Both the position numbers and the translations under genes were made by a program. From positions 1,736,001-1,800,000 of the forward strand of contig MU008163.1 of assembly GCA_010909165.1 (NCBI GenBank): a DNA stretch of 64,000 bases, written 5' to 3'. This document shows, in pieces, positions 38,519 through 52,400 of the stretch (position 1 is the stretch's first letter; every line of letters begins with the position of its first letter). Under the pieces are notes generated by a model. That model was not told the DNA's origin. It searched no databases and worked only from the letters and a program-made list of their open reading frames with translations. The DNA comes from Anthoceros angustus (lineage: Eukaryota > Plantae > Anthocerotophyta).

Positions 38519-40675
38519 GCATGGTGAAGGCTGACTTATACCTCGTTTGGGGTGACCAAGTCTTGGTGGCGAATGTGAACGTTACTAATCCTACATGAGC
38601 ATCCACCTTTGAACAAGTTATTGTAAATTGTCCAAATTGGAGCGACGACTTCCAAGGTTATTAAGTATAGGGGAATTGAAAATGTGAACAAGAACGCTTA
38701 TCTTTACTATTGAGTTCCCAACTTTTGTACCTCCCGGCTATCGGTGACCGACTCTTCGTCACCGCCTGTTCAACAAAGAGTTAAGTGGGGGGAATTGAAA
38801 ATGTGAGTAAGAACGCTTATCTTTACTATTGAGTTCCCAACTTTTGTATCTCCCGGCTATTGGTGACTGACTCTTCGTCACCGTCTGTTCAACAAAGAGT
38901 TGTGGGGCTAACGTTCACGCTATGAAACAAGCTGTTGTGTAGCATTTACCGTATGCCTACACTACCCTCCACACATTCGGGCTTAACTACGGTCCGTTTA
39001 ATACAAATGGGGGCAGGCCACCTCGTCATCTTGCTTGCCTTGGAGACTTATAGAGCTTTGGCTAAAGACTGTGATAAATTTATCAAGCCTTGTGCCAAAG
39101 CATACCATGCAAGGATATATGGAGAGGGGCCACCTCTCGTCTATTTTACAACGTTCTTGCGGCAAGTCCTATTTCACAACGTTCTTTCGACAGTGAGTGT
39201 CACTTGCCCTCTAAAGGGCAAGTTTGCATGGGCTATCTTACGAACAATAACGATTTTTGGAGATGCATCCTCGACTAGTTCAGTAATATGTAGGCCATTC
39301 AATCTTCCTAGTTTTGACATTGTAGGCGACTTTAGACATGGAGCTTAGTTGCTCCTTCTTTACTGTGATCCTTGGGGTATCTCTTTGATGTTCTTTAGAA
39401 GATGGGTTCACCCTAACCCATATGCTCTTTCCTTAATAAAAACTTATATATTTGTTACTTAAGTAGGTAGTAAGGATTATGTAGCTATACTTGTACTTAA
39501 GCGGCGGGGGTGATGACTCGCAGTCAGCACCTCGGCCGTTGCTCTTTACTTCAACAAAAGTCAACAAGAATACATGAGAGAACATGCTATTTAGTGAAGG
39601 GGGTGATTATTGCATGGTGAAGGCCGACTTATACCTCGTTTGGGGTGACCAAGTCTTGGTGGCGAATGTGAACGCGTTTAATCCTACATGAGCATCCACC
39701 TTTGAACAAGTTATTGTAAATTGTCCAAATTGGAGCGACTTCCAAGGTTATTAAGTATAGGGAATTGAAAATGTGAACAAGAACGCTTATCTTTACTATT
39801 GAGTTCCCAACTTTTGTACCTCCGGCTATTTGGGGTGACCGACTCACTGCTCAACAAAGAGTTAAGTGGGGGGAATTGAAAATGTGAGTAAGAACGCTTA
39901 TCTTTACTATTGAGTTCCCAACTTTTGTATCTCCCGGCTATTGGTGACTGACTCTTCGTCACCGTCTGTTCAACAAAGAGTTGTGGGGCTAACGTTACTG
40001 CCTATGAAACAAGCTGTTGTGTAGCATTTACCGTATGCCTACACTACCCTCCACACATTCGGGCTTAACTACGGTCCGTTTAATACAAATGGGGGCAGGC
40101 CACCTCGTCATCTTGCTTGCCTTGGAGACTTATAGAGCTTTGGCTAAAGACTGTGATAAATTTATCAAGCCTTGTGCCAAAGCATACCATGCAAGGATAT
40201 ATGGAGAGGGGCCACCTCTCGTCTATTTTACAACGTTCTTGCGGCAAGTCCTATTTCACAACGTTCTTTCGACAAGGTCACTTGCCCTCTAAAGGGCAAG
40301 TTTGCATGGCCATCTTACACAATAACGATTTTTGGAGATGCATCTGACTAGTTCAAGAATATGTAGGCCATTCAATCTTCCTAGTTTTGACATTGTAGGC
40401 GACTTTAGACATGGAGCTTAGTTGCTCCTTCTTTCGTGATCCTTGGGGTATCTCTTTGATGTTCTTTAGAAGATGGGTTCACCCTAACCCATATGCTCTT
40501 TCCTTAATAAAACTTATATATTTGTTACTTAAGTAGGTAGTAAGGATTATGTAACCATACTTGTACTTAAGTAGGGGGTGATGACTGCGAACAAGACCTC
40601 GGCCGCTGTTCTTACTTCAACAAAAGTCAACAAGAATACATGAGAACATGCTATTTAGTGAAGGGGTGATTATTC
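38519..40675. repeat. ~1.09 kb imperfect tandem duplication (38519-39611 / 39612-40675); each copy has an internal ~120-bp repeat and ends in the left TIR
   Basis: Near-identical sequence; ORFs 38935 and 40017 share the same N-terminus. Confidence 0.9.
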
Positions 40676-41559
40676 AAGATGAGGGTTTTGCTCTTTATTT
40701 GCGAAGGGGTTTTGGATGGGTGTTGAATCCCTTGTTCACCGCTTGTCTTTGGAAAAGATGATCGAGAAGAAGGGTGAACACCAACACCGCATGAGCTTGC
40801 CGTTGCGTGACATGTGGAGCAATGGTTGTAGTTTACACCTATGCCGACTTTAGAGCCCATTTTACATAAAATGGAGCACCATGATGTGAAGATGAGTACA
40901 TTTGACGATGCCCCCACAAACAATCGGGAAAACATGGTCCAACCAATGTCAGAACTCTCATATTTCAAGTTTCCCCCCAGAGAACGCTTCCATGCGGGGT
41001 GGTGGTGGTATGGGTCATACGAATCCCTTCTGTACGACATGGAATTCATGGAAATCGTGGGTGCAGGGCGCCGGCCAGCCGGCGCCCTGCACCTGCCTCC
41101 CACAATCCCAGAAAGTGATATGTCATCTCCTATCCCTTGGTAGGTTGGAGGAATCGATTTTTGAGACAAGAGGGCTGCTGGATGTGTGTCACCAACCATC
41201 TGACAGGATGCTATGTATAGTCATGTGACTAGCCGTGATCAAAAGCAGAAAGTCTGGGTATGGATGCATTATTAGTGACGGCATCGTGCAAGCCCTAAAT
41301 GTGCACATGCTCTAAATGTGCAAATTGCTGCAAAAGGGTGTCCCACACTGCGCTAGTGCTTTAGGACTGGCAGATTCGATTGGAGCGATGGAGTTTCCAT
41401 CGGCTAACATCTTGTAGAATATACAGTCGTTTCAAACTTTCCCCAAGGAGAATGGGCTACAATGAGCGTGTCGAATGTGTCTTGCACGGTTTCCCTTCTC
41501 AAAGCAGAAAATGAGGCTACGCCTATGCGCACTTTTAACATTCAAGTGCAATCTACTCT

Positions 41560-44500
41560 CCTTCTAAATTGACGCCGTCATCTTCGTTAGGTTCGGCATC
41601 ATCACCGTCATCTTCACATCCTGTGCCACTTTGACTTGCTGGTTGTATGAAGCCCGCAATTCATTCACTTGTCCTTGATTGCCTTCTTGTCTACATCTGA
41701 GATGTTTAGAATTCAAGGTGAAACCATAATACAAGATGACGGTTTTGTACATAAACTTCCGAATATTTTTAGGTTCAACCCCTTGACCCCTTTTCCCGGT
41801 TTGTTGCTTGGCTGGCATCCCCAATTATGTATTCTTCAACGTACCTACCCTCAAACGCATCTGTGCTCGATTACATGCCGGTGAACAAGTAAGTGAGGCA
41901 TGGGTCATCAAACAAACCGTCAATCACCTTCCCAATCCAAAATGGTCATTGCGTGTCCCGTTTGGGCAATGAACATGCCCTTATTTATTTCAACACATCA
42001 CCATTCAAAGCGTGTCATTCCCTCCTTGTCTTTCCAAGTTTTGGTATCGTCCCAAATACATATCTCGTTGTGGAAGGTCCTCAACAACGCCTCCGTAATA
42101 AAGCTTCATCATCAAGTCGCAGAGGTTGGGCTGTTACTTCTACTTGGACCTCGAATACCACTTCCAAGGATCTTTGGAGGACGAGCCCAATGTTGTTTTG
42201 AACAATAACAGAATCTCTTGTTGGTCCACCCGAGCTTCCCACCATTTGTATTCCTCCGATGTCACATAAGGCCTAAGGGCCGAAAGACCTTCCTTCAAAT
42301 GAGCCACACCATCCGTAGGTGATAAGTCGCCAACTTTCCTTTTCTATCCCTTGACCGAGGCGGTTAAAGCTGTTTGTCCACGCACGAATGTCAAAAACTC
42401 CAACCCGGCCTCTGTCTCCCAATAGGCGATGTGGAATCACTTGCTCGATGATGATTACAAACCCACGGTCACCTTTGGCTTCTCTCGTAATTTTGAATTG
42501 GTCTTTGGAAAAGATGATCGAGAAAGAAGGGTGAACACCAACACCGCAGCTTGCCGTTGCGTGACATGTGGAGCAATGGTTGTAGTTTACACCTATGCTT
42601 TAGAGCCCATTTGAAAATGGAGCACCATGACTGTGAAGATGAGTACATTTGACGATGCCCCACAAACAATCGGGAAAACATGGTCCAACCAATGTCGAAC
42701 TCTCATATTTCAAGTTTCCCCAGAACGCTTCCATGCGGGTGGTGGTGGTATGGGTCATACGAATCCTTCATGCGACATGGAATTCATGGAAATCGTGGGT
42801 GCAGCCGGCGGCGCCACCACCCCACCTCACAATCCCGAAAGTGATATGTCATCTCCTATCCCTTGGTAGGTTGGAGGAATCGATTTTGAGACAAGAGGGC
42901 TGGTATGTGTCACCAACCATCGGCGGGATGCTATGTATAGTCATGTGACTAGCCGTGATCAAAAGGAAAGTCGGGTATGGATGCATTATTAGTGACGCAT
43001 CGTGCAAGCCCTAAATGTGCACATGCTCTAAATGTGCAAATTGCGGAAAGGGTGTCCCAAGGCTGCGCTAGTGCTTTAAAGGCCGTTCGACTTGGAGCGA
43101 TGGAGTTTCCATCGGCTAACATCTTGTAGAATATACTGGTCGTTTCAAACTTTCCCCAAGGAGAATGGGCTACAATGAAGCGTGTCGAATGTGTCTTGCA
43201 CGGTTTCCCTTCTCAAAGCAGAAAATGAGGCTACCTATGCGCACTTTTAACATTCAAGTGCAATCTACTCTCCTTCTAAATTGACGCCTCATCTTCGTTA
43301 GGTTCGGCATCATCATCTTCACATCCTCTGCCACTTTGACTTGCTGGTTGTATGAAGCCCGCAATTCATTCACTTGTCCTTGATTGCCTTCTTGTCTACC
43401 GCATCTGAGATGTTTAGAATTCAAGGTGAAACCATAATACAAGATGACGGTTTTGTACATAAACTTCAATATTTTTAGGTTCAACCCCTTTCTTTTCCCG
43501 GTTTGTTGCTTGGTTTGGCATCCCCGAATTATGTATTCTTCAACGTACCTACCCTCAAACGCATCTGTGTGCTGTCATGCGGTGAACAAGTAAGTGAGGC
43601 ATGGGTCATCAAACAAAATCAATCACCTTCCCAATCCAAAATGGTCATTGCGTGTCCTGTTTTGGAACGCAATGAACATGCCCTTATTTATTTCAACACA
43701 TCACCATTCAAAGCGTGTCATTCCCTCCTTGTCTTTCCAAGTTTTGGTATCGTCCCAAATACATATCTCGTTGTGGAAGGTCCTCAACAACGCCTCCGTA
43801 ATAAAGCTTCATCATCAAGTCGCAGAGGTTGGGCATTACTTCTACTTGGACCTCGAATACCACTTCCAAGGATCTTTGGAGGACGAGCCCAATGTTGTTT
43901 TGAACAATAAGAATCTCTTGTTGGTCCACCCGAGCTTCCCACCATTTGTATTCCTCCGATGTCACATAAGGCCTAAGGGCCGAAAGACCTTCCTTCAAAT
44001 GAGCCACACCATCCGTAGGTGATAAGTCGCCAACTTTCCTTTTCTATCCCTTGAGGGCGGTTAAAGGCTGTGTCCATGTCCAACGAATGTCAAAAACTCC
44101 TCTGTCTCCCAATAGGCGATGTGGAATCACTTGCTCGATGTGATTACAAACCCACGGTCACCTTTGGCTTCTCTCGTAATTTTGAATTGGTCTTTGGAAA
44201 AGAGGTTGTTTAATTTTTGACCGCCTTGTATGCGTGTCCACCTTCCCTTGCCTTATGGGCCAAACATATGACCGGAAGTCCGAACTTGATCAATATCTTC
44301 ACCTCCGTGGAGTGTATGCACTAATCAAAATCTCCGCGGTGAAGAGTGTGAGCTTCCTTGTGTTTTAAGCTTTTGAAAAGCATGAAAACATTTGGTCGAT
44401 TTGATCATGCGTATGCCCCACCAACAAAACCCCACTTTCACCTTTTCAAACGTCCCCATGTCCACGAGCATGTTGAGATATGCAAAGCAGTTGATTCTTG

Positions 44501-47500
44501 TTCTCTGCAGTGTTGTCCAATTGCAAATATAACACTTTCGGCAATACTCCTTCGTAGTTATGAATAACATCCGGATGATGGTAATCGTGAGATTGGCATC
44601 ATTCCATAAGTTCGCATAATGCAAGTAAGCTCTTGCCTTAAACGTGTAATTGTGGATCATGCACCCAACCACATGAACTGAATCGGCACTCCTCATCCAA
44701 GTTCTTTGGCCATCAGTAGATGGGGAATCTCCGTCTTCTTTTGGTCCATTCCATCGATTGAAAGTAGAAGGTACATATGTGGTTCTACATAACTCTTGCT
44801 CATGTTTCGCCATCTTCACCGCTCCGATGTAACCGCAAACGATGGGCATCTAAAGCCGCTTGATATTTTTCTTTGAAAACATACACACTCGTCGGTACAT
44901 TTGAAGAGACATCCGATTAGATATGAAGGACCCTCCTATCTTGAGACGATCGCTGCGGGCGACGTCCGCCCCAAATCAACGGAGGAAGAACCTTCATGTT
45001 CCGTCCTAGCGCATTTGCGACAATTGTCGTTGGCGTACTCGAGCAACCACAATCCATGCCTTGGCTTTTGGTTATGGGCGTAGGCCACCACATGTATAAA
45101 TTGTAGGGTGACCCGTATGGTCCTTCGCCATGTGGGGCGTTGGCGATTGGTATCCTCGCGGAACCCTATGGTGCCGTTAAGAGCACTGAGGTGGGCGCTG
45201 CCGGCGCCCATCTCGTGGGCTCTTAACGGCACCATAGGGTTCTTGGCCGGCCGGCCGGCGGCGTCCCACCACATGTACCTCTCGTGGTTTCATCCCAAGG
45301 GTTTTGCATATGTGGGACGGCGGTCGGTGGCGTCACCCCATCCCATCATACAAAGATCAGTGACCGGTTATAGGGATCTTGCCCATAAAGCCTCGAGTTC
45401 AAAACAACCATTCCCCACTCAAGAAAACCATTGTCATAAGTTCCCATGCATGTCAACCAGCCCGTCGAAAGTGGTAACAATTACCTTGATCGGATTTGTG
45501 GGTCATCAAACAAAACCCAATCAATCACCTTCCCAATCCAAAATGGTCTCAGCGTGTCCTCGCCGGCCGGAACCGCAATGAACATGCCCTTATTTATTTC
45601 CAACACATCACCATTCAAACGTGTCATTCCCTCCTTGTGTCTTTCCAAGTTTTGGTATCGTCCCAAATACATATCTCGTTGTGGAAGGTCCTCAACAACG
45701 CCTCGTAATAAAGCTTCATCATCAAGTCGCAGAGGTTGGGTTACTTCTACTGGACCTCGAATACCACTTCCAAGGATCTTTGGAGGACGAGCCCAATGTT
45801 GTTTTGAACAAAGAATCTCTTGTTGGTCCACCCGTAAAGCTTCCCACCATTTGTATTCCTCCGATGTCACATAAGGCCTAAGGGCCGAAAGACCTTCCTT
45901 CAAATGAGCCACACCATCCGTAGGTGATAAGTCCGCCAACTTTCCTTTTCTATCCCTTGACCGAGGGCGGTTAAGGGAGCGCTATTGTGTCCAACGGCAC
46001 GAATGTCAAAAACTCCAACCCGGCCTCTGTCTCCCAATAGGTGATGTGGAATCTACTTGCTCGATGATTACAAACCCCACCTTTGGCTTCTCGTAATTTT
46101 GAATTGCCGGAAAGAGAGGTTGTTTAATTTTTGACCGCCTTGTATGTGTCCACCTTCCCTTGCCTTATGGGCCAAACATATGACCGAAGTCCGAACTCTC
46201 AATATCTTCACCTCCTGTGGAGTGTACGCACTAATCAAAATCTCGGCAGAAGAGTGTGAGCTTCCTTGTGTTTTAAGCTTTTGAAAAGCATGAAAACATT
46301 TGGTCGATTTGATCATGCGTATGCCCCACCAACAAAACCCCACTTTCACCTTTTCAAACGTCCCCATGTCCACGAGCATGTTGAGATATGCAAACAATAG
46401 CTTGATTCTTGTTCTCTCTGCAGTGTTGTCCAATTGCAAATATAACACTTTCGGCAATACTTCGTAGTTATGAATAACATCACGGATGATGGTAATCGTA
46501 AGATTGGCATCATTCCGAAGTTCGCATAATGCAAGTAAGCTCTTGCCTTAAACGTGTAATTGTGGATCATGCACCCAACCACATGAACGAATACGGCACT
46601 CCTCATCCAAGTTCTTTGGCCATCAAGTAGATGGGGAATCTCCGTCTTTTGGTCCATTCCATCGATTGAAAGTAGAAGGTACATATGTGGTTCTACATAA
46701 CTCTTGCTCTGTGTTTCGCCATCTTCACCGCTCCGATGTAACCGCAAACGATGGGCATCTAAAGCCGCTTGATATTTTTCTGCTTTAAAACATACACACT
46801 GCCGTACATTTGAAGAGACATCCGATTAGATATGAAGGACCCTCCTATCGACAAGACACTGGGCGGCCCCGCCCCAAATCAACGGAGGAAGAACCTTCAT
46901 GTTCCGTCCTAGCGCATTTGCGACAATTGTCGCTGGCGTACTACGAGCAACCACAATCCATGCCTTATGGAGGCCGCCCCACCACATGTATAAATTGTAG
47001 GGTGACCCGTATGGTCCTTCGCCATGTGGGGCGTTGGCGATTGGTATCCTCGGACGGAACCCTATGGTGCCGTTAAAGAGCACTGAGGTGGGCGCCGGCG
47101 CCCATCTCCGTCAACGCACCATAGGGTTCTTGGCCTCCAGGGGCCGGCCGGCGTCCCACCACATGTCTGGTGGCCTCTCGTGGTTTCATCCCAAGGGTTT
47201 TGCATATGTGGACGGTCGGCCGCACCCCATCCCATCATACAAAGATCTAAGACCCGGTTATAGGGATCTTGCCCATAAAGCCTCGAGTTCAAAACAACCA
47301 TTCCCCACTCAAGAAAACCATTGTCATAAGTTCCCATGCATGTCAACCAGCCCGTCGAAAGTGGTAACAATTACCTTGATCGGATTTGTGGGTCATGTTC
47401 CTAATTGTGCTCTTCGAGACTGCAGAGTGAGCACGTGGAAAACCTGTTGGATTTTGGTATTTTCACTCTTGGGAAGTTGCTTTTCCATAACTTCAAGAAC

Positions 47501-47988
47501 CATGGATATTTCACATAGAGGATCCCAGAGGTTTCGCATTGCCGCCTGTACATACTCCATATTTCCAACCTTGTGTATGTGTCTGGAAGGTTGAAGACCT
47601 CCACGTTCGGCAGCCGCTCGGCCATCATTAGAAATGTCTTATCCATCCAGGATATCGCTCCCAGCGCATAAGAAGACTGTGGTTTGGGGTTAGGCCTGAA
47701 ACCATCCCACGGGGCATTCGAAATGATTCTGCTCTTCAGTTCCTCATATCTGTTGTGCCCTATGCAATATACTCTTCTAAATGCCTTCAAGCAGCAGCGC
47801 ATCGGAATGGACCCCAAAATGTGTGTGCATACTTTACCCCTTTCACATCCCCTCTCTCGGCTTGAACCAAGGACTCTAGAAATGTCTCTTGCTCTGGCCT
47901 GCCCATCCTTAGGAATCGGTACCTCTGCTCCTGAAACTTTTCTTTTGTCAGCTTCTGCAAGCACATTTGATTGCAACATGGTTTTCAA
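41560..47988 (-). pseudogene. DDE/D transposase of Sola/DUF7869 type, frameshifted and partly duplicated
   Basis: FLKLWKSNFPRVKIPKSNRFSTCSLC; LLSIDGMDQ; KVLYLQLDNTA..NKN; KVGF..VGHTHDQIDQMFS (manual, across frameshifts; two copies at ~44.3-44.8 and ~46.2-46.7 kb); C-terminal PFWIGKV. Confidence 0.8.
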
Positions 47989-49416
47989 TCCGTCACTACC
48001 TCTCCTTCACTTTTCTTCAATGTGACACCTGCGCTCTCTGAGGTGCAATGCTTTGCTTGAGATCGGCTCTCACCCGCTTGGGATGGAGCAACGTGGCGTG
48101 CGGTGTGCAGAAGTGGTCACTTCATCTTCATCCTCGGAGGGTTCGTGCTCGCCCGGTGGGAGGTCTTCTCGTGACCACCATCAAACAATCCCCTGCGTGC
48201 AACAGGTGGTCCATTCTCACGCAGTTGAGGGATGAGGACTCTCGAATTCGGATCTGGGAGGCGTGTAGATGGGCTCCCCTCAATGGCTGCGTATAGATGC
48301 AAATTCCGCGGGGTGTGAGGCACACCCCGCGGCATGTTTGGTGACGCCAAGTGTCGACGCCTCGTTGTAGAGCCTACATGGGCGGTGCGAACACAGACTT
48401 AACAAGCTACTTGCCTCTTCCAAAAGTGGGAAAAGCTGGTAACCACAACAAACCTTCATGTGGAGGACTCCGTGGGTATTGCACCGGAATATGTGAACTT
48501 GGAGGAGCGTTCAAGATAGCGAGCCTCTTCCTACTGCGGACCATGTCTCCATTTCTTTGGAATTGCGAGGGGCCGGGTCCTCCACTTGAACCTCCTGCGC
48601 CACGGCATGGTCGTTGCACAAGTTGCATCTTATCATGAATGGTATGCGGAAAAGACAATGGCGAAACAAGACCAACCTCATCTCCCAGCGTGTCGTCAAA
48701 TGCAACATCGCACGCACTTATCGCGCAAGGAAGGAAAGCACAAGACTTTGCAGCACCGTAGTGGCTAGCGGATATCGAAGCCTCCCTCCACGGCTTTGCT
48801 ATATACGTGGGGCCCTCGCATCCCCAGTGCCACCGCCTAAGAGGTTGATGGGATTGCCTCAAATAAGTGCGGACAATGAAGTGGTTGGCGGTGTGCAGAT
48901 TATAACGGAAAATCCAAGCATAATTGCAGCCACTGGCGAAAAGTTGATGGCGGGCGGCGATCTAAAATAGTAAGCTCGTCAAAATTGAGTTTAAGGTAGC
49001 GGGTTATTTTAGAAACACGGTTATGAAAACCATTTGGGGTTATGGAAGAAAACCCTACTTTTACGTCGCTTAGCCCTTCGTTAAGGCCTCCTCTTTTGAA
49101 CTTAAGGGCTCGCTTTGCAAGGCGGTGACCAGTTCACGTCCGCGATTTCGAGCGCAACACCTCACCGTGACCGCTTCTGTCGAGCGCACCACCACCGGGA
49201 TGTGCATCGGGAGTGAGGCGCCACACCGCCGCCCGCCCTAGACCGCCGCAAGCTCGTTGAGCGCAACTTTGCCTGTAGCCAGCGCAAGCTCGCAAGTCAT
49301 GACAAAGCGCCAAGCTCTTGAGGCGGGCGATCTTGAGGAGTGAGTTAGCGGTCACCAGGCTTGTGCATCTCTTTGTGATTACGGAGTGGGGTTGCCTTGA
49401 ATTGCAGAGATTGAAG

Positions 49417-52400
49417 ATGGCAAGCGGCAGGAGGAGCAAGAAGGACCAGCCTTTGGAGGAAGATGACCTGCCCGCCATGCGGCAAGAAGGCCGAGGAGGC
49501 TCTAAGGCGAGAGCGGCACCCGCGCCCACGGCGGACATCGCTGAGGCACCTCCATCCAGGTCGCCGCCTGGAGACATCTTGCCATCCGCCATGCTCCAAC
49601 ATGAGGAGGCGGCATTCTTGGGGCAAGCAAAATCGGCGCATCCTGCCAAAATCAGTTCCACAAAGGTTCTTTGGAGAGCAAGGGACGAAGAAGGTTGGTA
49701 AGAGCGAAACAACCTATTCCATCCGATTCATCTGCCACTATGAGGAGATCCGTCATGTATCAGCGGTACAATGTTGTGGTTGTGGAGAAGGAGGATGCTT
49801 GTCAGATCCACACCTCACACAATGCGCCATGGACCCCTTTGTTGAAGTTGTGGATCATGGGATATAGGGGGCTCGCCAAATCAGAGAGCAAGAGCGGGCT
49901 GGGTTGTTTGGGCTACTTTGGACTTCAATGAAGGGGAGCCAGAGTTCACTTTTTTGTGCACCACAAAGGCATACCAGTATGAGGAAGTTTCCCAGGATCC
50001 GCGTTTATACAAGTCTCTTGTTCTTAGCCTGAAAGGGTTTCACTGGAAGAAGTGTGCACCTCGTGGCCTTGTTGAAGATTTCCGCGATTCCATGCGACAG
50101 GAGACAGTAAGTATTGCCCAGAACTGCATTCCTTCGCATTTCTTCACATGTGAGAGTCAACGACATTGTGGATATGTTTTTCCTACCATCTTCCAGGCAC
50201 CACTAGTTGCGAGGGCACTCATACGAGCTATCTGCGAAAAGATTACACAAACTATGAGGGCCCACAAGAGGGAAATGTCTATGCGTCGAGCCCAAGCCTC
50301 CATACAGAGAACTGGTGATGTGGTGGAAGGTATGGAAGAAGATCATGAGGAGAGTGAGCTTGGCCCATCAGACGAGGAAGATAGGGCTTTACCAGTTGGT
50401 CAAGCGCATTCAGACAGCGAAGGATCTGGGGCACAGGAATCGGACAGAGATGCTGAGGACCTTCCCAATCTTCTAACTCCGACTCCTTCCGTTATGGTTC
50501 CCACCATGCAACCCGGATCTCGGCAGGGCGCCGGCGCCTAGTCATCTTCAGTTCCCAAGAGCGCCAACGCCGGATCCGGACCGGGTTTATAAGATTCAAG
50601 GAAGGTGCGGTGGTTTGGGGCGGCCGGCGCCACCAATCCTCCCACCACAGGCAAGAGAGCAAGATGGCACCGGTCAGCAGTTCGTCCCCGGAGAAAAGGA
50701 CATGGCGGATGCGGGGATGTGGGTATGGGAGGAGGAGGGCGCGGCGGCGCCCCTCCTCAACCTTCATGCCCAAACGAATGACCTCAGTGGCGGGCGCAAG
50801 GGCAAGGGAAGTGCAGACGCACACAGTGAGGACGGAGAATTGGGAAGGAAAACCAAGAAGGCAAAGAAGGGTGGAAGAGAAGATGCCATAGGAGGGACAT
50901 AACCAGTTCATATTCAAACCGACGAGGAAAGGTTGGAAGAGGCTATGAGGGATGCATCCATTGACTCGCTTAAGGGATTCTACTCAAGAAGGTGGTGCAG
51001 AAAGTTGTTAGTGAAGTTGGAGAACTTGAGGCGGCCGGCGCATATTACTCAGCAGATCCGGAGGGTTGATGAGGCTTGGGCAAACTATCTTGCCCGTGTT
51101 ATAGCGAAGGCGGATAGAGGAGGGAGTTTCTCTTTGTGATTAGTGGGGTTGCCTTGAATTGCAGATTGAAGATGGCAAGCGGCGGGAGGAGCAAGAAGGA
51201 CCAGCCTTTGGAGGAATATGACGCCCGCCATGCGGCAAGAAGGCGGAGGAGGCTCAAAGGCGAGGCGGCACGCGCCCACGGCGGACATCGGAGGCACCTC
51301 CATCCAGTCGCCGGTTGGAGACATCTTGCCATCCGCCATGCCATGCCATTCTTGAGGCAAGCAAAATCGCAGCGCATCCTCGCCTCAGTTCCACAAAGGT
51401 TCTTTGGAGAGCAAGGGACGAAGGTTGGTAAGAGCGAAACAACCTATTCCAGATCCTTGATCACCTTACTATGAGGAGACTGTCCATATCAGTGTATCCG
51501 GGGCAGCTCGACAATGTTGTGGTTGTGGAGAAGGAATGGATGCTTGTGCAGATCCACACCTCGACCAATGCGCCATGGACCCCTTTGTTGAAGTTGTGGA
51601 TCATGGGATATAGGGGGCTCGCCAAATCGAGAGCAAGAGCGGGGTTGTTTGGGCTACTTTGGACTTCAATGAAGGGGAGCGAGTTCACTTTTTGTGCACC
51701 ACAAAGGCATACCAAGATGAGGAAGTTTCCGGGATCCGCGTTTATACAAGTCTCTTGTTCTTAGCCCGAAAGGGTTTCACTGGAAGAAGTGTGCACCTCG
51801 TGGCCTTGTTGAAGATTTCCGCGATTCCATGCGAGGCAATAAGTATTGCCAGGCGCATTCCTTCGCATTCTTCACATGTGAGAGTCAACGACATTGTGGA
51901 TATGTTTTTCCTACCATCTTCCGGCACCACTAGTTGCGAGGGCACTCATACGAGCTATCTGCGAAAAGATTACACAAACTATGAGGGCCCACAAGAGGGA
52001 AATGTCTATGCGTCGAGCCCAAGCCTCCATACTGAGGCGGTGATGTGGTGGAAGGTATGAAGAAGATCATGAGGAGAGTGAGCTTGGCCCATCGGGAGGA
52101 AGATGGGCTTTACCGGTTGGTCAAGCGCATTGGATGGCGCAGGAATCGGACAGAGATGCCGAGGACCTTCCCAATCTTCTAACTCCGACTCCTTGGTTCC
52201 CACCATGCAATATGACCCGGATGCGGCGCCGGCCGCGCCTAGTCATCTTCAGTTCCCCAAGAGCGCCAACGCCCGGATCCGGACCGGTTTATAAGATTCA
52301 AGGAAGGTGCGGTGGTTTGGGCGCCGGCCGGCGCCGGCCAATCCTCCCACCACACAGGCAAGAGAGCATGGCACCGGGTCGGGCAGGGGTTCCTCGAGAA

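Noticed and set aside
38935-40347. Duplicated ORF MCSIYRMPTLP...
   Set aside because: TTG start, no recognisable motif, and the frame is not preserved between copies.
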